This document shows, piece after piece, positions 30,134 through 40,056 of a stretch of 54,064 nt of DNA. The notes beneath the pieces were generated by a model that did not search any database, was not told where the DNA came from, and saw only the letters and a list, made by a program, of their open reading frames with translations. Source of the stretch: a virus (lineage: Duplodnaviria; Caudoviricetes). The stretch lies in IMG/VR virus record IMGVR_UViG_3300042309_000278, positions 1 to 54,064 of that record. One strand, written 5' to 3'. Numbering within the stretch: position 1 is the stretch's first letter; every line of letters starts with the position of its first letter. Made by a program: the position numbers and the translations under genes.

Positions 30134-32437
30134 CTAGAACCCAATCAAGATTTTGAATTGTTCCATTTGTTCTATATTTCTTTGAACTGGTCGTATATTT
30201 TCTATGTATAACAAATCTCCAGAACCTATATCAAGTTCGGGATTGCTTATCGCATTGATGGATACTGTAGTAAGGCTTGTGTCTGCGGTTGTTCCATATG
30301 GAGTAAATGTCAGTTGGTCTGATGAATTGAATGTTCCCTTTACATTGCAAAGTTGTGCAATGCCAGTAAAACCAACGCCACCAGCCACAGTGAAATCAAT
30401 AATATCAGCAGTCACCTTTTTCAAGGTAGTGGAATCTACTTGTGATAAAGTTCCATCAAATGCATTTGATCCTGCGATTATGCCATCTGTAAATGCACTT
30501 GAGTTTACAAGAGTTAGTCTTGTGGCAAGTCTATACTCTCCAAGATTCTCAATCACTCTTGGAGCAAATGCTGTTGATGCAAACCTACCGAAAATTTCAT
30601 CGTTGCCGAATGTCAATCCGACAGTTCCACTGGTAGAACCAAAATTCATTTGACCAAATTGTTCACCAAACTCTTCATCTAAGTCTACGATATTTGCTCC
30701 GCTTAAAGTATAACCACCAGAGAAGGTTAAAGTCTTGCCAGAGACAAACGATCCAAAGGTAGTGTCAATCACGACACTTCGATTGTAATGGTCATACGAT
30801 GTGATAACACCCGATGCAGAAAGCGTAAGACCAATCACATTAACATATTGGTTTGCGGTATCACCAGTTGCGAACGCTGCCGAGAATCCACTTGTATAGT
30901 GAATTCTAACTTTGGTCGAAGCATCTTCCGAAAGTCTGAAATTACCAACTAGATCAGTCAAGAATATTTTATGGAATCTAGTACCGGGAACTGTTTGTGA
31001 GTCCACAATACGAGCCGATGCCTTGGTTTCTTTGCCCAAGATGTGATTGCCCACGACAAACGTATCGGCAAAGTATAGTTCGTCCTTGTATGGTGGTCGC
31101 TTTACAAGTGCTTCTACAACTTTATCCTCGTTTGAACCAGCCAAAGTCAATCCACCATAAAGGTATGGATTTTTGATGAGTCCAAATTGGCGATATTCAT
31201 TGCGTGTTGAGAGTTTGTTCCCCTCTGTTCCTTCAAGTTCAACAACCAACATTACGTCCGATGCACCAAGTTCTTTTACGGCATTGTATCCGTGTCCCTT
31301 TGGTGTAGAGAGATTTGTTGTTATGGAGTTGTTTAGTAACTGAACTTGAGATCCTATGGTCACACTTCCGCTCTCAGTTGTGACTCTTGGTTTAGCATAT
31401 GAATAATTTTTACCAGAATTTACTACCGACAACGAAGTAATTTTTTGATTTACCGATGTGGTTGGAATGACAACGGCGTTTTCACCATCCCCATCAACAA
31501 CAACATTTGGAACTATTTTAAATGTGCTTTGGTTGGTTATATCTCTGTTTAGTGAAGGATATACGTTTGCGTAGTAGTAACTAACACCAGATCCACCCTT
31601 TACGAAATTCAATATTCTAAAATATTGACCGATACCTGGTCCACTACTAATATAGATGGCGTAGTTGTTGTAATATCCATTAGTAGGAACTCCGTCTTCG
31701 CCAACTGGAACAAAGTGAATATATGAAGACCCAGCGGCATTTACGGTGATTCCGAGATCAGAATATATTGTTCCCTTATACAAATCACTTATAGTACGAT
31801 CATATTTGAATATCTTGGAGAATGTTGGACTCAACGAAGCAGTCATAGAAACAGAGTCTATTGAACCAGGCTTCGCTGTATTTTGAACCTCTCGCTGCTC
31901 CAAGTATTCACCAGATGAAACAAAAATTGGAATGTAGTCCAACGTGATGTATTCGATGTCATCTTCAGATACTGTATAGAGATACTTCCATTTATACCCA
32001 TCTGCTAATGTGATCGTGTCTGATGATTTACCTGTTGGCATGATGGTAGATGCACCAACAGCACCCATACACTTATAAACATTGAAGTCTGTGGTTATGA
32101 CATAGAATGACTTACCAGCCATATCAGTTGTTTCAGAATATGGTGTGTATGTAGTTCCATATGTCCATGTGATTCGCGGAACAACAAAACGCATATTCTC
32201 TGGTTGAATCCGCTTTGCATAGATCATGTTTCTAAACGAATCATATTGATTGCGCGAAGATTCTGCTACGGAAGGCGGATTTGTATCACTCTCAACACTT
32301 GTGGTTGTTTCTGCGTTGTCTTCGTAGGGAACAGATCTGCCAACAAACAAGTAGTAGTTGTTGCTGTTCGCAATAGAAGATCTGATTAGATCTATCAGGT
32401 CAGTTTTCAACAAGGTTTTGAGAGCGTTGTTTGCCAT
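30134..32437 (-). CDS. gp8: Baseplate wedge subunit
   Basis: YYLFVGR, FYVITTDFNVYKC, DGYKWKYLY, GHGYNAVKELG and GDLLYIENIRP. Confidence 0.9.
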   Translation of the reverse strand: MANNALKTLLKTDLIDLIRSSIANSNNYYLFVGRSVPYEDNAETTTSVESDTNPPSVAESSRNQYDSFRNMIYAKRIQPENMRFVVPRITWTYGTTYTPYSETTDMAGKSFYVITTDFNVYKCMGAVGASTIMPTGKSSDTITLADGYKWKYLYTVSEDDIEYITLDYIPIFVSSGEYLEQREVQNTAKPGSIDSVSMTASLSPTFSKIFKYDRTISDLYKGTIYSDLGITVNAAGSSYIHFVPVGEDGVPTNGYYNNYAIYISSGPGIGQYFRILNFVKGGSGVSYYYANVYPSLNRDITNQSTFKIVPNVVVDGDGENAVVIPTTSVNQKITSLSVVNSGKNYSYAKPRVTTESGSVTIGSQVQLLNNSITTNLSTPKGHGYNAVKELGASDVMLVVELEGTEGNKLSTRNEYRQFGLIKNPYLYGGLTLAGSNEDKVVEALVKRPPYKDELYFADTFVVGNHILGKETKASARIVDSQTVPGTRFHKIFLTDLVGNFRLSEDASTKVRIHYTSGFSAAFATGDTANQYVNVIGLTLSASGVITSYDHYNRSVVIDTTFGSFVSGKTLTFSGGYTLSGANIVDLDEEFGEQFGQMNFGSTSGTVGLTFGNDEIFGRFASTAFAPRVIENLGEYRLATRLTLVNSSAFTDGIIAGSNAFDGTLSQVDSTTLKKVTADIIDFTVAGGVGFTGIAQLCNVKGTFNSSDQLTFTPYGTTADTSLTTVSINAISNPELDIGSGDLLYIENIRPVQRNIEQMEQFKILIGF

Positions 32438-32438
32438 A

Positions 32439-34436
32439 TTAGAAATTCGGTGATACTAGGGTTGAACTTTCGATTAGACCATACTCATTATTTGCACCCG
32501 TTGTGCCAAGATACGGGGTTCCTGCTGAATTTGAGTGGAAGTGATATCCAATAGGCATCTTAAAGAATGGTTTCAAGCAAACTGCTCCGAATGAAGCACC
32601 AACACCAGTTCCACCCTGCCACATGTTGGTGAGTCCAACTATTCCTCTGATATTTGGGTGATGATAAATTCCCCAATAAGAATAACTGAACCCCTGTGCT
32701 TCTATGTATCCCTCAACTCCAAGGCTGCTACCAAGTGGTCTGCCTTGTGGGTTGTGAGTAAAGCCGCCCGTTTCAGGAACAATACCATGACCGAATCGAA
32801 CCATTTGTATGGTTGCAGTATTTCCACTGCCACCAACAAGAGTGAGTGTCGATCCTTCAACAAATCCACCACCTGTTATAGAACCGAGATCAAGGAGATT
32901 GAAGTCTATTGTCTTGAGAAGCAACGCACCTTGAGTTGGACCCATGTAGGCGAACTCAAATACATTTGCGCTGATGATATTCCCATTTGAACCAGATGCT
33001 GCGATAGAACCGAAAGTCATTCCAGCAGTAAATGTAAATCCTACTGGCGTGATTATTAGTTTTCCGCCACTTGAGCCATAGTTCTGATATGAGTTAAACG
33101 TATTACCGCGAGGATTGAATCCGCTTGTATAAAGGTAGTACAAGTCCGCAGTTGTTCCCATTCTATATGGAGTGTAATGCCCAATGTATGGGATTTCATA
33201 TCGCTGAAACTCTGAGTGGAAAGGCAACGAATCAACCAAATTGCGTTTGATCAAAACCTCACCAAACATCTTAAATCCAGCGGGGTGGATTAGTTTCTTG
33301 TATGTTTCTCTGTAACGCGAAAATGCGATTTCGCTGCGGAGTACATAAGAGAAGTCTTGATAGTATGACCCATCAAACATTCTCTTGTTTGAACTCAACT
33401 TTCCATCATTGTTTGCATAGTAGCCAGTGTAGTTTGTCACACCACCGACCACAGGAGTCGCAGAAAACCCACTACCAGTGTTGGTTGCTACGCTAATAGA
33501 AACCTTATTAGCCTGATATCCAACCCCCGAATCTATAATTCGGAGAGTCTTGATCTCCCCCTCTTCATCCAAGAGTTCTATTGCAACGGAAAGCCCGACC
33601 CCATCTCCACTATTTCCAATCACCACATCGTCGGTCTTGGAATAGTTAGATCCGCCAGTTATAACTTCAACCGAAGAAACTACGGGATACACAGTTTCAT
33701 TGAATGAACTTACTGTTGAAACGACGGCTTGATTCGGAACAAAATCTCCGACAAGATCCTTCAAGAAAAGTTCGCACACATTGTAATACTGCTTTTGGTA
33801 TTGAACAACTTGTTTAACAACACCAGAACCAATCACCTCACCACTAACAGGATCTAGTTGGTAAACTTGGCTCCCTTCAACTGCATAGTTTGCAGTGCCA
33901 CCCACATTTGTTGTTTTTATAGAGATTGGTTCTATCCATCGCCCCGCAGATGTTCTTAGTATGTCTTTGGTTGGATAGTAAATTTCTGCTGTTGCATTGT
34001 ATAGAAGTCTAAACAAGAACTTGTAAGCCTTCTCAGTTCCCTTTGCTCCGTAGAAAGCGCGAGCATTTTTAATGAAGTTTGCTTCGCTTACTAGATTACC
34101 CGACGAATCTGTGGCTAACTGATATGGAAAGTTTTTGAGATATGTCTCTCTGAAGTCAAGAAAGAATATGCTTAGACTCTTATCAACATCCATCAAATCC
34201 ATGAAACCATCAATAATACCGAATGGATTTTCGGCTCGCTCCAGCCATTCATAATAGGTTTCCAAAAACGATCTAAAGTCTTCGTGATCGCGATTGATGA
34301 AATCGGGAACCTGATCTGCAATCAGATTGCTAGGACCAAACCTTTTGATTATTCGTGGAGACTCCTCCGACAGAGCCAATGTCTGTATCGTTGGTGCGGA
34401 GCCAGTTCCGCCGAATAACAGTGGTAATGATGCCAT
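32439..34436 (-). CDS. Baseplate wedge subunit (gp7-like)
   Basis: QVPDFI...FLETYYEWLE, FYGAKGTEKAYKFLFR and YYQDFSYVL...HPAGFKMFG; lies between gp6 and gp8. Confidence 0.75.
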   Translation of the reverse strand: MASLPLLFGGTGSAPTIQTLALSEESPRIIKRFGPSNLIADQVPDFINRDHEDFRSFLETYYEWLERAENPFGIIDGFMDLMDVDKSLSIFFLDFRETYLKNFPYQLATDSSGNLVSEANFIKNARAFYGAKGTEKAYKFLFRLLYNATAEIYYPTKDILRTSAGRWIEPISIKTTNVGGTANYAVEGSQVYQLDPVSGEVIGSGVVKQVVQYQKQYYNVCELFLKDLVGDFVPNQAVVSTVSSFNETVYPVVSSVEVITGGSNYSKTDDVVIGNSGDGVGLSVAIELLDEEGEIKTLRIIDSGVGYQANKVSISVATNTGSGFSATPVVGGVTNYTGYYANNDGKLSSNKRMFDGSYYQDFSYVLRSEIAFSRYRETYKKLIHPAGFKMFGEVLIKRNLVDSLPFHSEFQRYEIPYIGHYTPYRMGTTADLYYLYTSGFNPRGNTFNSYQNYGSSGGKLIITPVGFTFTAGMTFGSIAASGSNGNIISANVFEFAYMGPTQGALLLKTIDFNLLDLGSITGGGFVEGSTLTLVGGSGNTATIQMVRFGHGIVPETGGFTHNPQGRPLGSSLGVEGYIEAQGFSYSYWGIYHHPNIRGIVGLTNMWQGGTGVGASFGAVCLKPFFKMPIGYHFHSNSAGTPYLGTTGANNEYGLIESSTLVSPNF

Positions 34437-36283
34437 TAGTAGTTTCCAGTAGCAGAATCAAGGAAATTGACTGTTATTGCGGTTTGGGAGTTCGTATCAA
34501 CCTGAAGAACTTGGTTTCTCTTCGGGATGATGTCAAATCGTTGATCTGGTACCACCCCGAAAACAATGTAAGGTAATGTGCCAGTTCCGATTGGAAGGAA
34601 GCCTCGTAGATTCACTTTGCCTGTTTGATAATCTATAGTTCCTAGTTTGCTCTTTATGACAACCTTTTCAGAACCTCGCATAGAGTACAGAGTCAGTTCG
34701 CCAGCACCATCATCTTCGATAAAGCAGTCTTTGATCTCATTGTTTGAGTCCCTGTGCTTGAAGATAGAAGTTTTTACGATGCTTTGTTCGTATCCCTCGT
34801 AAGGATGATTTAGAGCAATATCAAAATTAAGCGTGTAGTTTCCAGCGAATGATATTGATGGGATTATCTTCTTATACAACGAAGTTGATATTCTATTGCT
34901 CATTATGCTATTGCTGGCAAGATCGATATATCTCGACAACACAGAGTAGCGGAAAGGAGCATTAAACTTGCCAAGATACAAACTAAAGTAGTTTCGTATC
35001 GCTGCCATAGCAGCATCTTTGATAGTTGATTCAGAAACAAATGACCGTCTAGAATCGTAGGTAACGAAACATGTAACATTGACGAATGTGTAATCGGGAT
35101 CGACTATTTCTGGTGTGATCGAAACGGTCTTCTTCTTCTCAAGAATATCTCGCTTGATCGCTTCTTTCTGAGCATCACTCAACAGTGTGGTGTTCTTCGG
35201 CAAAATTGAAATGAAAACTTTTCCGTATATCGGTGGGTCGTTTTGATCCCCACCCCAAACACGCGCAGAGTCCGCTCCCGCATATTCTCGTAAAATGATT
35301 GCTTCATAGTCATCAACGGTCACAGCACGATTTTGTGCTTGGTAAAACTTTGGAGCGGTATATCTGATCTTTTCTTCTGTCTCACGCTCCCCACCACCAT
35401 ACGATGGAGTTATTGTGGCTACCTCTGCACTAAAATCATTCCCACCGATTCCTTCGAATGTAAACGCTGGCGACTCTTCGGTTTCGCCTTTACCAATGTC
35501 GTTTGCGAGCAAGCCATCAGTTTCAAAATAAAGAATACTGATAAAGTTTCCATCAGTTGGCTTTTGACCAAGAATTCCATCACCAAAACTTATTTCGTAG
35601 TTTCCACGATAGTTTTCATTAATGAAGAAGACTTTGCTGTCTGAAGCAATGTCTAGAAAGTCCGCACTTTCCTTCCAAGTTATGTCCATGTTGGTCAAGT
35701 CCGACTGCGAAGACATGACGTATATCTTGGTGAGATCCTTGTCTATGTTCTTTGATGGTATTTCAAATTTCGTTGTATTGCTGTTTGCGTTGTATACAAA
35801 CGAAGCAGAACGATAGACGCCTTGCCGAATCTCGACGTTTTTTGCTGTATACGGAACTGTAGACTTGTCTATTGTAAAAACATCAGTTGTGGTGAATGTA
35901 TAGTTCTCCCCATCTTTAGATGAGAAGAATCTAGTTCCTTGTGGAATACTAGAAGGAACTCCACTGGTCGTTCCAAAAGTAACATCAACAACAGCCGTCG
36001 CAGCGTTCCTTGAGTTTGGAACATACCCCAAATTCTTTGCGAGTGATACTATAGAACGTCGAAGAACTGCTGAATCGATGAAAGACTCTGCTGCAAGCAT
36101 GTTTGCATAGAGAGCCATGTAGTGTGTGTTGTAGGCAAGAAGATCTAAAAGGATATTTGTTCCCGAGCCTTCATAATCGAAGTCGCTGAACTCATTTGTA
36201 CCCGAAAGAAACGTCTTCAGGTTTTCCTTGATTCCGTCAAAATCAAGATCTGTTACTGGTGTGGTTAATGCACGATTTGGCAT
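34436..36283 (-). CDS. gp6: Baseplate wedge subunit
   Basis: LDFDGIKENL, DYEGS...LLDLLAYNTHY, FGDGILG and QNRAVTVDDY. Confidence 0.95.
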   Translation of the reverse strand: MPNRALTTPVTDLDFDGIKENLKTFLSGTNEFSDFDYEGSGTNILLDLLAYNTHYMALYANMLAAESFIDSAVLRRSIVSLAKNLGYVPNSRNAATAVVDVTFGTTSGVPSSIPQGTRFFSSKDGENYTFTTTDVFTIDKSTVPYTAKNVEIRQGVYRSASFVYNANSNTTKFEIPSKNIDKDLTKIYVMSSQSDLTNMDITWKESADFLDIASDSKVFFINENYRGNYEISFGDGILGQKPTDGNFISILYFETDGLLANDIGKGETEESPAFTFEGIGGNDFSAEVATITPSYGGGERETEEKIRYTAPKFYQAQNRAVTVDDYEAIILREYAGADSARVWGGDQNDPPIYGKVFISILPKNTTLLSDAQKEAIKRDILEKKKTVSITPEIVDPDYTFVNVTCFVTYDSRRSFVSESTIKDAAMAAIRNYFSLYLGKFNAPFRYSVLSRYIDLASNSIMSNRISTSLYKKIIPSISFAGNYTLNFDIALNHPYEGYEQSIVKTSIFKHRDSNNEIKDCFIEDDGAGELTLYSMRGSEKVVIKSKLGTIDYQTGKVNLRGFLPIGTGTLPYIVFGVVPDQRFDIIPKRNQVLQVDTNSQTAITVNFLDSATGNY

Positions 36284-36284
36284 T

Positions 36285-36680
36285 TTACCTTAGCCTTTCT
36301 ATTGTTACAAAAACCTTTGAGTTTTCTCTCGTATTCAACAACATGAAAGATATCGTTACTTCGAATGTGTTCGTATCTTCGTTGAATATGACGACAACGT
36401 CATTTATTTTTGCTCTTGGTTCGTATCGATTCAAAATATCTATGATGTTTGATCGAACCATTACAGCGGTCATTGGAGTCGCTGGTTCAAACAACAATCT
36501 AGTAAGCCTTGCGTCTATTTGAGGCTTGAATGGCTTGTCGTATTTGTTCATCATGACAAGATTACGAATCGCTCGCTTAACTGCCTCTGCATCTGTCTTC
36601 TGTGGGACATCAGATGTCATTGGGTGTGGAGCAAAGTCTAGATCTAGATCTTTGAAAAGGTTTTTTCGTATCTTATTCAT
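36285..36680 (-). CDS. gp25: Baseplate wedge subunit
   Basis: DLDLDF..HP, AVKRAIRNL, LLFEP and YEPRA. Confidence 0.93.
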   Translation of the reverse strand: MNKIRKNLFKDLDLDFAPHPMTSDVPQKTDAEAVKRAIRNLVMMNKYDKPFKPQIDARLTRLLFEPATPMTAVMVRSNIIDILNRYEPRAKINDVVVIFNEDTNTFEVTISFMLLNTRENSKVFVTIERLR

Positions 36681-37327
36681 CTATAGTCTTTGGCTGAGTT
36701 CAGCAGGAATGAGATTTGGTCGCGGGTATATTCAAACTCTGTTTTGGTTGCAGTTTCATCTACATTATCCAGAGTTCCCAAATCACACCATTCAATTGTT
36801 ATGTATCCATAAACCACCAAACTATCATTACAAAAAAGTGGGAGAATGGAGAAAGCGATGGTGTCGTGCAACTCGTAGAACTTTTTGGTGTTCGACTCAA
36901 ACAAGCCGCTTGTCATTCTGATATGAGAATCGTTGTCTCTGAGTTGTTGAATGATCTCAACGAACCGACTCACCAAAACATCCTGCCTAAACTGCATAGT
37001 GGATGGTGTTTTAGGATCGCATGATTGATGAGATATACTCATTCTTCGCATACAAGAGCCGTCAGCAAACTTACCACCATTGTGAAATTGGGTAAGTGAG
37101 GTTCTTGATGCCTTGCTTTTCATACGCAGTTCACCCAACATATCGGATATCCGCATGTTGACGTGATTGAATGTCTCTTCTCTTCTTGCGGCTGTTCTTT
37201 TCTTAAAGTACCTAATAATAGGTTTTAATGCGATAATCGCCGTTATAAGAGCGGTCAATGATCCCAAAACAGCACCAAGAACCTCAACCCAACTAAGTAT
37301 TGAATCTGTACCCATATCTTTCTCCAA
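36677..37327 (-). CDS. Single-TM membrane protein with a GAF-like soluble domain; putative holin
   Basis: One N-terminal hydrophobic helix followed by basic residues, a QFHNGG motif, and its own ATAAATA late promoter at 37337-37343. The architecture recalls T4 holin T (inference). Confidence 0.5.
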   Translation of the reverse strand: MEKDMGTDSILSWVEVLGAVLGSLTALITAIIALKPIIRYFKKRTAARREETFNHVNMRISDMLGELRMKSKASRTSLTQFHNGGKFADGSCMRRMSISHQSCDPKTPSTMQFRQDVLVSRFVEIIQQLRDNDSHIRMTSGLFESNTKKFYELHDTIAFSILPLFCNDSLVVYGYITIEWCDLGTLDNVDETATKTEFEYTRDQISFLLNSAKDYR

Positions 37328-37378
37328 AGTGTGAAATATTTATCAACTACAAAATGATAAGATAATCACCATCAATCA

Positions 37379-38260
37379 TCAGACTGATCTATTCTTTAGA
37401 CTTGGGATAAGACTCAAAAAGTCCACTGGGGATCCCTCAACTGCCACCCCATTTTCTGCTGCCAAAGATGACAACTGACTACTTGCACCTGGCTGCGTTA
37501 TTAGATTTGTTATAAGTTGACCACCATAGCAAGGATCTGTCAATATGCTTGAGATTAGACCATTCGCTAAAGCATAATCGGCTAAAGCGATGGCAGCAGC
37601 AGCATAGGTTGCTTTATCTGCATTTTCAAACCCTTGCATAGTGGTTGTAAGTTCGCTTATGTTTGTGGACAACTGTCCGAGTTGGGAAAACAACGCACCG
37701 AGTTCTTGTGTATTCACGCCTTGGCTTAGACCTAGTTGATACCCAACCTCACCTAAAAGCCGACCAATTTCATAAGTGTTTGCGGCGAAATTATCAAAGA
37801 AAGGACCGACAATTCGTGGATCTAAAGAAGAGAACCCCTGTGTAAAATTATCTTGTAGAGTCTCGCCAGGATCTTTCAAAACTTCCTTCATGGAGTTGTA
37901 AGCAGACATCACACCAATAATTTGATCAAGTGTGTATGCGGGATCATCCCGTAATACGCCACTTAATCTATTTGTGTGTTGTTGAAATTTCTGAAGTTGG
38001 TCATTCATTGCATCTAAATTTTGATTCAATTCCGCAAGATCTTGGGTCGCTGCGCTAAGTCCTGCAATTTGTCCAATTAACCCATCAAGTTCTGGACCAA
38101 GGATATCGAAAATCTGTGTGAGTGGATTTCTCAATAAGTTTCCTGCCATAAAGTCGTTTATGAACTTTTTGGCACCTGGTGGGATTAGACCAGCAATAAC
38201 GCTGCAATTTGCAGCACTGAAAATACTAACACCCGTTTGAACCGAACTAAACGAACTCAT
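37379..38260 (-). CDS. Hypothetical alpha-helical protein downstream of PAAR
   Basis: 293-aa ORF abutting the PAAR stop codon (TAAATG). Confidence 0.7.
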   Translation of the reverse strand: MSSFSSVQTGVSIFSAANCSVIAGLIPPGAKKFINDFMAGNLLRNPLTQIFDILGPELDGLIGQIAGLSAATQDLAELNQNLDAMNDQLQKFQQHTNRLSGVLRDDPAYTLDQIIGVMSAYNSMKEVLKDPGETLQDNFTQGFSSLDPRIVGPFFDNFAANTYEIGRLLGEVGYQLGLSQGVNTQELGALFSQLGQLSTNISELTTTMQGFENADKATYAAAAIALADYALANGLISSILTDPCYGGQLITNLITQPGASSQLSSLAAENGVAVEGSPVDFLSLIPSLKNRSV

Positions 38261-38524
38261 TTAACCAACCTCCACATCGCTATGGGATAAAAGAACATGA
38301 TTACAAGATGCAACATCACCAGTTCTACACACACCAAAATCCTCAACAAGGACTGACGTAAATGACGTGACCATTTTTGCTTTTTCGTGTTCATCTTCGT
38401 CGTGGGATGAAACCAAACTACCAAATCTTGCCACAGGCATATCGTTTACAAGCACAGAGTATGTCCCTGTCAATACGACACCACCACCAACATAACTTCT
38501 ACCAACCAATCCGACGTTTGGCAT
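38261..38524 (-). CDS. PAAR-like spike tip protein (gp5.4-like)
   Basis: VLVNDMPVARFGS..SH and VCRTGDVASCNH...DVEVG; follows gp5. Confidence 0.85.
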   Translation of the reverse strand: MPNVGLVGRSYVGGGVVLTGTYSVLVNDMPVARFGSLVSSHDEDEHEKAKMVTSFTSVLVEDFGVCRTGDVASCNHVLLSHSDVEVG

Positions 38525-38718
38525 TAGAACTCTCCCCCATCCAATCTAGTTATGTTGAACCCTGCAAGTAGTTCAAAACCAGATTCGTAGAAATATGGAG
38601 GAATACCCCGAGTTTGTTTTTTGCAGATATAAGTGAATCCGTCATCAATGTAATAAACCACATCACCCACATTGTAGGTTGTGGTTAGATCGAATGTTCC
38701 TTTCCAAACTATTTGCAT
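38524..38718 (-). CDS. Small protein with a CBM5/12-like repeat
   Basis: WKGTFDLTTTYNVGDVVYY...TYIC; C-terminal LDGGEF. Confidence 0.6.
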   Translation of the reverse strand: MQIVWKGTFDLTTTYNVGDVVYYIDDGFTYICKKQTRGIPPYFYESGFELLAGFNITRLDGGEF

Positions 38719-38721
38719 CTA

Positions 38722-39888
38722 TCAAACTCCCCCAAATGGATTTGGATAAACGCCAGGAATAATAAATGCATCACTAGCAGACTCGCCTTTTCTAGAAAGG
38801 CAATTCAATTTAATACTAGTGGTCTTACCAGAAAGTGCCAAATCACTACCAATTTTAGTTTTCAGAATCACATCACCAATAGCAGACGACACAACAAATC
38901 CACCAATTCCATAAACCTCATGGACACAGTTTCCCATGACCTTGGTGTATTTGTTGCCTATTATTGTTTCGCGATAATCGCCAAGAACAGAAACATCCCA
39001 TGTTCCATATACGATAGCCCTAACATCTTTTAGTGCTTGTAGATTTACATTACCGTCAACTTGAAGATTTAGACTTCCGCCCGGAATACCACTACCAACA
39101 TAAATGCTTGCATCACCATTTACAGTTATTTTTGCTGCACCATTTATCTGTACAAAATCACTTCCTGCTATCAGTTCATAGTTGTTGCCAACAATCTTGT
39201 GAACTCTCGTTCCCGATGGATTGCCCGCAAATCCATTTGCAACTTCTTCAAATGATCCACCGGGATGATATGTGTGGTGTCTTTCTTTGCCTGACGTATC
39301 ATCCCACTCTTCCACCATACCAGAAGCCGTGGCAAAGACTTTGTTGTTTGGATATTGTGGGTTGTATGGAGTTTCTGGTTCGGACCAGCGTTGTGTGTCA
39401 AGAGCATCCCATGCAACAGGGACTAACTTCGTGGTTCCATTCTTTTTGGACTCAACAATAGTCTTGTCTGTGTGTTCACCCGTGGCAAGAAAGTTGACAT
39501 CGCTATGCTTTGCATCAACATATTCTTGAGTGGGATATGTTCCTGATGGATCGTTGAACCCAACCTTCTTATCTGATATTTCTTGTGGTATGCCACCAAC
39601 GGAAAACATCACAATCGGTTGTTGTGCATTGATTCCATCTCTGAAAAATCCAAACACATGGGTTCCCGTCAAAAGTCCAGTTGGAGATTTTCCAACTCCA
39701 CTTATCGACGCGCTAGTGATGTCTAGCAGTGGATGCGCCCAAGGCAGATCTTCCGTTGGAAGATTTTTCTTGTTTTCGGGATGATATCCGAAGATGCGAA
39801 CACGAACTCTACCGAGTTTTAATGGGTCATTTGTGTCTTCAACGACACCAAACCACCAAACAAATCCAGTCTGACCCATTATGTTCAT
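38722..39888 (-). CDS. gp5: Baseplate hub/spike protein with no lysozyme domain
   Basis: OB-fold WWFGVVED..DPLKLGRVRVRIFGYH, LPWA and YPNNKV...EWDDT; C-terminal beta-helix repeats; only 388 aa. Confidence 0.92.
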   Translation of the reverse strand: MNIMGQTGFVWWFGVVEDTNDPLKLGRVRVRIFGYHPENKKNLPTEDLPWAHPLLDITSASISGVGKSPTGLLTGTHVFGFFRDGINAQQPIVMFSVGGIPQEISDKKVGFNDPSGTYPTQEYVDAKHSDVNFLATGEHTDKTIVESKKNGTTKLVPVAWDALDTQRWSEPETPYNPQYPNNKVFATASGMVEEWDDTSGKERHHTYHPGGSFEEVANGFAGNPSGTRVHKIVGNNYELIAGSDFVQINGAAKITVNGDASIYVGSGIPGGSLNLQVDGNVNLQALKDVRAIVYGTWDVSVLGDYRETIIGNKYTKVMGNCVHEVYGIGGFVVSSAIGDVILKTKIGSDLALSGKTTSIKLNCLSRKGESASDAFIIPGVYPNPFGGV

Positions 39889-39891
39889 CTA

Positions 39892-40032
39892 TCATCGGTT
39901 CCTTTCAGAAGTACCGAAGTTTTCATTGCCCCATCTCTCCCAATCAAGGAGTTCTTCCTTGGTGTAAGGCAACTTCCACAACTTTTCTTCCGTTTCTCTT
40001 GGCGTAATTACCTTCTTTTCGGTTTCTTCCAT
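39892..40032 (-). CDS. Small hypothetical protein (46 aa)
   Basis: Manual translation MEETEKKVITPRETEEKLWKLPYTKEELLDWERWGNENFGTSERNR with a GGAG RBS; fills the gap before gp5. Confidence 0.6.
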   Translation of the reverse strand: MEETEKKVITPRETEEKLWKLPYTKEELLDWERWGNENFGTSERNR

Positions 40033-40056
40033 AGTTCAACTCCATTTCAAATAGTA

